Below, in pieces: positions 55,884 through 64,000 of a DNA stretch of 64,000 nt. The DNA is from Nemertoderma westbladi (taxonomy: Eukaryota; Animalia; Xenacoelomorpha). Both the position numbers and the translations under genes were made by a program. The notes under the pieces were generated by a model. That model made no database searches, was not told the origin of the DNA, and was given only the letters and a program-made list of their open reading frames with translations. The stretch spans positions 71,242 to 135,241 of the forward strand of contig JAUCBJ010006629.1 of NCBI GenBank assembly GCA_032718475.1. Reading direction: 5' to 3'. The first letter of the stretch is position 1; every line of letters starts with the position of its first letter.

Positions 55884-56538
55884 TATTTAATTTATTTTAT
55901 TGTAAATCAAACAAACAAAGTAAAAACTTTTTAAACTAAAACCATTACAAATGATTAATTGTGATTAAAGCATGAGATTATATATAAGATATTTTCAAAA
56001 ATAATACAGGTCTTAAACTGAAAAAAATAGCCTAAATTCAGTTTATTGATTGGTTGATTAGCCGGTAGGGAACTACTGTACAGTACAGTACAATTAAATA
56101 AAAAATTACGGACAAGGTTGAGTAACTATGGAAATGTTCGTATACGTGTAGCTGGAAACGTGGCGGAATTTCACGTATCCTACCGCTGGACTGGTAGGCT
56201 GCTTGGTTTGGTGACAGCCGTCGAGGAGTAGCGGTGGGTAAATAATCGTTGAGTTGGCAATCGATATAATATAATATATAATATGTGTGTAGTTGGCTAC
56301 GTTGTTGTCATCATCATATACAGTATACAGCGGTGGTGATGTGGCGAAAAGGGGAATAATTGGTGGGTGGGTAACAGCTGTGGATTGAGTGGTGATGTGT
56401 TGGAGGCTAGCCATGCATAGAGAGGTTAGGCTACGCGAAGATGAATATGCAATGGTTGGTGAAAAATTGCGATTTGAAAAATAGTAGACGTTACCTGATG
56501 CTAAGTGTAGACATCTCGAACACCTGTAAAATAAAGAT

Positions 56539-57039
56539 TGGTGAGTTGTGAGGAGTTATAACGGTCCCGAGTTCGAACCCTGTTGAATATTTTGTTATCT
56601 GAAAAATTGCAAAATTAAATTTAGTTACTGGTGAAAAATAGCGATTTGAAAAATAGTAGAAGTTACCTGTAGACACCTCTAGCGTCTGTAAAATAAAGGT
56701 TGGTAAATATGAAAATACTGGTCGCTGAAAAATAGCGATTTGAAAAATAGTAGACGTTACCTGATGCTAAGTGTAGACACTCGAACACCTGTAAAATAAA
56801 GGCTTATGATTGGATGCAGTACTAGCGCTGGGTGACTAATAACGCCTCTAGCGGAAGATGCGGGAACTTGAGAAGTTGCCATGGTTACGGATGAAATGCT
56901 GACATCTGATTGGTTGAAATAATAACGACCACTGGTAAAGGTTGAAATGGTGGCTTCTGATTGGCTGCAGTACTAGAAATGGACGGTAATGATGGGCTAC
57001 GGGTGACCTTGATGCCGTGGGCTAGCATTCTATACTACT
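56539..57039 (-). repeat. Right TIR (501 bp), preceded by an extra ~75-bp subrepeat at 56461-56536
   Basis: Reverse complement of 18091-18576. Confidence 0.95.
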
Positions 57040-57083
57040 TACAGTATCGCGGGTAGTTGTTTATATTAACAGTATACAGTATC
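57040..57083. repeat. TSD and final unit of the 35-bp minisatellite
   Basis: TACAGT ATCGCGGGTAGTTGTTTATATTAACAGTATACAGTATC. Confidence 0.95.
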
Positions 57084-57159
57084 AGTGAGATATTGTATTT
57101 CAGCTTCATACTTCGGCTCAGAAATATTGCAAAAAACTTATTTTTGTAATTTTAACCAT

Positions 57160-57256
57160 CCTATTGTCCCGCCTATTATCCCGCCTATTGTCCCGCCTAT
57201 GGTCCTGCCTATTGTCCCGCCTATTGTCCTGCCTATTGTCTCGACTATTGTCCCGT
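57160..57256. repeat. 12-bp tandem repeat CCTATTGTCCCG, ~8 units
   Basis: Read directly from the sequence. Confidence 0.85.
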
Positions 57257-57744
57257 TTATCATTGCAATAATCCTTTTTTTACCTACCTTTTATATACCT
57301 TTTTTTGCAATAATAATTAACTATAAGAAAGTTTTAGATGTCAGTTATATTCGAGGAAAAATTCAGGGTTGGAGCAAGTTAAATATTATTAATCAAATTT
57401 CAAATATAATGACAAATATATTTCGGTAGCACAGTGCTATCATTATCACTAAAGTACAAATTCTAATATAAATTGAAGAATTGACTAACGTAACGTATGA
57501 CTTGTTATCTGTTGAAAATTTCACTAAAAACAGAATAAATGTTGTAACCAAAAAACAGAAGACATAGGCAGGGAAACGTATAGGGACCGTAGGTGCATAT
57601 TGGAGAGCCTAACGAATTATATTTATAATTATATTTGTAATTTGATTAATAATATTTAACTTGCTCCAACCCACAATTTTCCATCATAATATTGGATGTC
57701 AACTCAGTGGAAAGACAGCTTAATGATAATTATACTTTATGCAG

Positions 57745-60700
57745 GAGATGATGGCGGCACAATTACAGTAATTGATACGTTCAGTAAAGATCAAACTGAA
57801 ACAAAGAAAAGTATCAAACAGGTGGAAAGTATATTGGAGAAAACTGAAGAATTAAAGGAAATTGTTGAGTATATTGGATGGGTTGGTCCCATAAATAAAC
57901 CACTTCAAGGTAAGATAACTGATATAATTATATCTACTGTTGATGTTCTTTCAGATAAAGAGAAAGAACTTTACTTTAGACTGGATGCAGATATTTCTGA
58001 GTTAACAACCCAGAATCTAGTTAGTATTTGGGGTTTAAATGAAGTTTCAACAATAGAAATTGTTAATAAATTCCAAGACATGGGACTTATGATTATGAAT
58101 ATAACTGGATCAAATACACTGAAACTTCCAAAATTTTTAATTAATTATATAAAAGAACAAAAACTGCCGATAGAGATACTGGCGAGAGGCCCAGAAGCAT
58201 TGGCTGCTTATAAAGCAGCTCTTTCTAAAGGGACTACATGGATACTGAAAACCCGGTTAATGTTAGTGGGACAAGAGAGGGCTGGTAAAACTAGTTTGAA
58301 GAAGTCCCTTATTGGTCAACCGTTTGATATAAATGAACCAATAACTGATGGTATTGACTCATCTGCTAACTGTATTATAAATACCGGACAAAACACAGAT
58401 TGGACCAACATGAAAGAAGAGCCTGAGACAGCTGTTGATGTCGTCATTACTAAGGAAATTGCAAAAACAGTTCTAGAAAGAAAACAAGTTGCAGTTGATG
58501 AGTCTGATATTTCTGGAACTTCAGCAATGGGTATTGGTATTGCGACACCCTCAGTTGCAACATCTTCATCTTCTACTGATGATCAACCTAAGATTGCTAC
58601 TTCAACTTCAAGTTATGGTGCTGAGAAAGTTCAAAAGGATAGTTTGTGGAGGCGGGTAGTTTCAGTATTACCTGGTTTAAAGACAAAATATAATAGCTTT
58701 ATAACAACTTTATTAACTGGTGAGAATGAAAGTAAACCTATTGAAGAAAATCGTTCTAGGCAACCCATAAGGGAAGCTATGGAAAATGATATTCCTGGCA
58801 ACATCACAAAGGGAGTAGAGGATATATTGTTATCTGGTAAACCTCAAGATATTCTGGCTAAATTTAATGAGGAAGACAGTCGCTTTTCTCTACAGATAGT
58901 CGATTTTGGTGGCCAATGTATTTATTACACAACCCATCAGATATTTTTGAGCAGACGAGCTATTTATATAATTGTATTTAATCTCTTGGAAAATCTTGAA
59001 AAAACTCCAGATATTATTTTCAGATCTGATGAAAACAATATTAATGAGTTTGTTTTCGGTGAGATTAAGAATATTGAGTTTATTGAATTCTGGTTAAAAA
59101 ATATTTATTCATTTGGTACAAAAATAGAAGTAAATTCTTGTCCACCTGTTTTTGTAGTTGGAACTCATAAAGGCAGCTTACATGCTGATCCTGATACTCA
59201 ATCTGTAATAGCAAGTAAAATATTTGAAAAGATTAAGACCCATTTGGGTAAATCTTCATATACAGATAATCTAATTAAAGATTACATTGCTATAGAGAAT
59301 AATATAGAGATTATAAATAGTGGAGAGAAAGGACTTGAAAATTTACAGGCCGATATTGTCAAGGAAATGGTAAATTTTAAGGAGGAAATACCTTTGCAAT
59401 ATCTAAAATTTGACCAACTTGTGTCTCAATTAATTAGGGATGGTAAAGTTTATATTGACATTGACTTGCTAGAGATTAAATTAAAGGATATTGATGTTGA
59501 AATGGATAACATTGGTTTGAAAACCATGTTAGAATTTTACCACGATTTGGGTACAATAATTTACTTTGACGATGAATATCTAAGGGATACTGTTATACTG
59601 AGCCCAGAATGGTTGAGTGGAATGTTTACCAAAATAATAACTGTAAAAGACAAAATAAAGAAACAACATTTTACATTCTGGAAGGACCTGGATAACAATG
59701 GTATATTACATGAAGAACTCCTTGATTATCTGTGGGAAGGCGTTCTTGATAAAAAACAATTTATGTTGAATATTCTAGAACGTTTTGATTTATTATGTGA
59801 ACGAGTTTTACCAACAACCGAAAGAACATTGCAAGATGATGTAAAGTTGGCTTATTATGTACCTTGCCGCCTTAAATCTGTTAGATATACTCCATTCACA
59901 CCAAGACAATGTAAAGTTGAATTTTATATTACATTCAAGAGTTTCTTACCGCAAGGATTGTACTACCGTTTAATTAAGAGAACTATTGATTTGTCCTACA
60001 TTGTAGGGAATAGGGTAATTCAACCTAAACTTTACCACAGAGTTGCTCAAATATTTTTAGATTTTAATCATCAGGTAATTTTGGAAAGATCTTCTATTTC
60101 ATTAAATTGGATTAAAGTTCAGGTAGTTAGATCTGAGATGTTTAGTTCGGGCGATGAACAAACTGAAAGTAAACTTGCACCAGATCCGGATATTGTTAAT
60201 AAAGTAAATCATTTTATTAATACTTCATTGAAGGAAATTATTACCCAAATGAGATTTAAAAATATTTCATTTGATTTCGAAATAAAATGTGAATGTAATG
60301 CTAAATGCGATCAACATAGATTACTTGACTGCAATGAAGAAGGATGTTTTCACTTTGTTAAACTGGCTGATATTTTATCAAATGATTTTGTTGAATGTCA
60401 ATTTAATAACTCTGTTAGAAGTCGATTTATTAGTGGAAAATTCCCTGTTGTTGGGAGATTTAGCTCACATTGGTTAAACATTACAACTAACCAAGATGAC
60501 CTTATTGATAGACTGGAAATCTCAGAGTTACTTGTATACTTAGCAAGTAAGGGGGCTATATCAAAGGAAGTTTTAGCTGTTATTGAATCTAAGTCGAATT
60601 TGTTGAGTAAGAATAAGATTTTGTTGGAGTCAATAAAATGGGGATCAGAAAATAATTACAAAGTATTTATTGAAGCATTATATGTAACCAATCAACCGCT

Positions 60701-61148
60701 TTTGGTTGAAATTTTGCATGAAAAAATCAAAATGGAAGACCAAATGTTCCCTGATATTCTAACAAAGTATAAATATATGTTAATGAAAAATTTAGAACAA
60801 ACTAAATTTGTTGCACAACTTCTTATTAACAGAAAAGTTATAAGTAAATCTATCCTAGAAATAATAGAATGCAAAGAATCAATAGATAGTAAGAATGTTG
60901 TACTTATAAACGCAGTAATGAAAAGATCTTACAAGGATTTTCTATCTTTTTGTAAATGTCTTCGTGTCACCAACCAACATCATTTAGCTGATACTCTAGA
61001 GGAAGCAACCAAAGGTTATGATGCGGATATTGTAGACATTACCAATCAAGCTGATGAAGTTGCTGATATAGATAATACCAATCAAGGTGGAGAGGCCGCT
61101 GGGGTTATAGACGTTACCAATCAACCGGTGGAGAGGCTGTTGTTATAG
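57745..61148 (+). CDS. Coding exon 2 of host Roco gene: end of WD40, winged-helix-like segment, Roc GTPase, COR, two CARDs
   Basis: Acceptor CTTTATGCAG| in phase 1. Roc: GQERAGKTS, TDGI, DFGGQ, VGTHK. COR: LEFYHDLGTI..VILSPEWL, YYVPCRL, LPQGLYYRL. Two CARD-like units end FIEALYVTNQPLL and FCKCLRVTNQHHLA. Confidence 0.88.
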
Positions 61149-61984
61149 ACATTGCCAATCAATGTAATGTAGCTGTTGTTATTGATGTTACCAATCAATG
61201 TGTCTGGAATTGGATTGTAGACAATTCTAATCATAATTTTTTAAAAACATCTAATTAATAAAATTGAATTTTGTATAAGAACTCTAATTAATTGAAGACG
61301 ATACAGACTGCTATTAAAGTGGTTATATTATTAAAATTATTCAATATAAAGTCAGGTGTCATTAAAACCTTAATTGCAGATTCAATAATAGCTAGTAATT
61401 TAAATAAACGATAAACTATAAGTTTTATATAGTGGTCAGCAGACTGGAAAGGTTTACCTATCAGTTGAAGGCTTTCACTTAGCTCAAGCTAACAAATTAC
61501 ACAGATTGACGGTAAGAATTCATACTTTGTGTCACTTCCTGGCCTTTTTTCTCGAGAATATCACAAAAACTTGGTCAGCTGAGACCATCTGTCGATCAAT
61601 GATTACATGCAAAATAAATATAATATTTAATTTATTGTTACCAGTTTTTATGTTCAACCTACTGGTTTAGTTAGTACTTCAGTTGCTTGAATTAATAATA
61701 GCACAGTTGTTGACTTAAATTGCATTAATAATTTTTATAATAATATATGCATTCATTTTTTGTGGTTGAAAAATTTGAATCAACTGAGTGATAAATATTA
61801 GTAGTGTTAGATGATAGACGCGATAAAATTTTACAATTTATGATCTTATTTGTAGAGAAGTGGTGACGAAGTACAACAACATGGTAGAAACTATTCTATT
61901 CGGAAACTGCCAGAAACGAAAATCTATGCGAAGTCCGTCGGACTGGAAACTCTTTCAGAAAAGTGTTGGGCTAAAATTCTGAAT

Positions 61985-63301
61985 CAGAAGACTGCCAGAC
62001 TGTGAAACTCTAACAGAAGACTGCCAGACTGTGAAACTCTAACAGAAGACTGCTAGACTGTGAAACTCTAACAGAAGACTGTCAGACTGTGAAACTCTAA
62101 CAGAAGACTGCCAGACTGTGAAACTCTAACAGAAGACTGCTAGACTGTGAAACTCTAACAGAAGACTGCCAGACTGTTAAAATCTAACAGAAGACTGCCA
62201 AACTGTGAAACTCTAACAGAAGACTGCCAGACTGTGAAACTCTAACAGAAGACTGTCAGACTGTGAAACTCTAACAGAAGACTGCCAGACTGTGAAACTC
62301 TAACAGAAGACTGCCAAACTGTGAAACTCTAACAGAAGACTGCCAGACTGTGAAACTCTAACAGAGGACTGCCAGACTGTGAAACTCTAACAGAAGACTG
62401 CCAGACTGTGAAACTCTAACAGAAGACTGCCAGACTGTGAAACTCTAACAGAAGACTGCCAGACTGTGAAACTCTAACAGAAGACTGCCAGACTGTGAAA
62501 CTCTAACAGATGACTGCCAAACTGTGAAACTCTAACAGAAGACTGCCAGACTGTGAAACTCTAACAGAGGACTGCCAGACTGTGAATCTCTAACAGAAGA
62601 CTGCCAGACTGTGAAACTCTAACAGAAGACTGCCAGACTGTGAAACTCTAACAGAAGACTGCCAGACTGTGAAACTCTAACAGAAGACTGCCAGACTGTG
62701 AAACTCTAACAGAAGACTGCCAGACTGTGAAACTCTAATAGAAAACTGCCAGACTGTGAAACTCTAACAGAAGACTGCCAGACTGTGAAACTCTAACAGA
62801 AGACTGACAGACTGTGAAACTCTAACAGAAGACTGCCAGACTGTGAAACTCTAACAGAAGACTGAAAGACTGTGAAACTCTAACAGAAGACTGCCAGACT
62901 GTGAAACTCTAACAGAAGACTGACAGACTGTGGAACTCTAACAGAAGACTGACAGACTGTGAAAATCTAACAGAAGACTGCCAGACTGTGAAACTCTAAC
63001 AGAAGACTGCCAGACTGTGAAACTCTAACAGAAGACTGCCAGAATGTGAAACTCTAACAGAAGACTGCCAGACTGTGAAACTCTAACAGAAGACTGCCAG
63101 ACTGTGAAACTCTAACAGAAGACTGACAGACTGTGAAACTCTAACAGAAGACTGCCAGACTGTGAAACTCTAACAGAAGACTGCCAGACTGTGAAACTCT
63201 AACAGAAGACTGCCAGAATGTGAAACTCTAACAGAAGACTGCCAGACTGTGAAACTGTAACAGAAGACTGCCAGACTGTGAAACTCTAACAGAAGACTGC
63301 C
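61985..63301. repeat. 29-bp minisatellite, ~45 units
   Basis: Unit CAGAAGACTGCCAGACTGTGAAACTCTAA. Confidence 0.97.
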
Positions 63302-63602
63302 ACCATCTTTGAAACAACTTTGAAGCTGGTATCGTTCAGGAATTTATAAAAGACTCTATACGTTACGTTGTATTTGGAACCGCATTCTGAGAACTTAAAT
63401 ATGGAACTATAATTACTGGTAAGTATAATAATTACCTGTAGGCACTAGGAACCCCTATCTGGGAACTGAAATTGAACTTAATTACTGGTCAGGTTTGATG
63501 CGAACAAGCGCGAAATCGCGCAAATTCCGCGTCTACTAACGCATGAACTGTCTCCTTGAATGTCTTACTACCAATCTTACAACAAAAAAACATTCACTGG
63601 AA

Positions 63603-63670
63603 TGGGGGGATTGAACTCAGTACCTAGTCAGTACCACAACTCAGTACCAGTCACACGCTCTGCCAACTGA
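63603..63670 (-). mobile_element. Degenerate tRNA-derived SINE head
   Basis: Minus strand TCAGTTGGCAGAGCG (A-box-like) ... GAGTTCAATCCCC (B-box-like); no acceptor stem seen. Confidence 0.4.
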
Positions 63671-63818
63671 ATCAATCGTATCAATCGAAATCAACGTATC
63701 AATCCCTAATACCAAAACCTAAGATGAAATTCAACGGAATCAATACTAGAGGTTCCGTAGATAACTAGATCTGGACTGACGTCATGTGTACTTATCCAGC
63801 AGTCATGAACGCTAGTAA

Positions 63819-64000
63819 GCGTTCATGGAGGGTGGTTGATACAGGTGGTAGTTATTGTAACATAAAGACCGGCGTTCATGGAGGGTGGTTGATACAGGTG
63901 GTAGTTATTGTAACATAAAGACCGGCGTTCATGGAGGGTGGTTGATACAGGTGGTAGTTATTGTAACATAAAGACCGGCGTTCATGGAGGGTGGTTGATA
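63819..64000. repeat. 53-bp minisatellite running off the window end
   Basis: GTTCATGGAGGGTGG at 63821, 63874, 63927 and 63980. Confidence 0.95.

Larger units (their letters stand above)
18091..57039. mobile_element. Complete Polinton/Maverick (adintovirus-like endogenous virus), ~18.5 kb after removing nested inserts
   Basis: AGTAGT...ACTACT termini, ~0.5-kb TIRs and 6-bp TSD TACAGT (18085-18090, 57040-57045). Encodes pPolB, integrase, ATPase, protease, major and minor capsids. Confidence 0.98.

Noticed and set aside
57696-57744. ATG at 57696 as start of the Roco protein
   Set aside because: MSTQWKDSLMIIILYA is better read as intron end; a phase-matched acceptor at 57744 completes the WD40 repeat from the upstream exon.
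61985-63301. CRISPR-like or coding repeat (29-bp)
   Set aside because: No spacers, unit length is not a multiple of 3, and it contains stops; an ordinary minisatellite.

Overview
This is AT-rich animal (probably invertebrate) genomic DNA with a nested, Russian-doll layout. A host gene encoding WD40 repeats, an Apaf-1-like winged helix, Roc-COR and two CARDs has a ~43-kb phase-1 intron (14575-57744). In a 35-bp minisatellite inside that intron sits a complete Polinton/Maverick (adintovirus-like endogenous virus; 18091-57039, ~0.5-kb TIRs, TSD TACAGT). Its protein-primed PolB is split by a 20-kb BEL/Pao LTR retrotransposon (23785-43835, 2.1-kb LTRs, TSD CCAAT), and its PC4-like gene is split by a 5'-truncated CRE-type non-LTR element. 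The most unusual object is the BEL element. It has no tRNA primer-binding site; the 11 nt abutting its 5' LTR are exactly complementary to an 11-mer inside its own LTR, suggesting self-priming. In the env position it carries a 1235-aa ORF with a WRN/EXD-like DEDDy 3'-5' exonuclease and three CCHC knuckles. The Polinton also encodes a TBP-like protein, a Maelstrom-like nuclease, a RING protein and two pentons. The flanks hold a 7-kb 42-bp G-rich tandem array with mucin-like coding signal, a local duplication and several minisatellites. All protein assignments are by-eye motif recognition, not database results.
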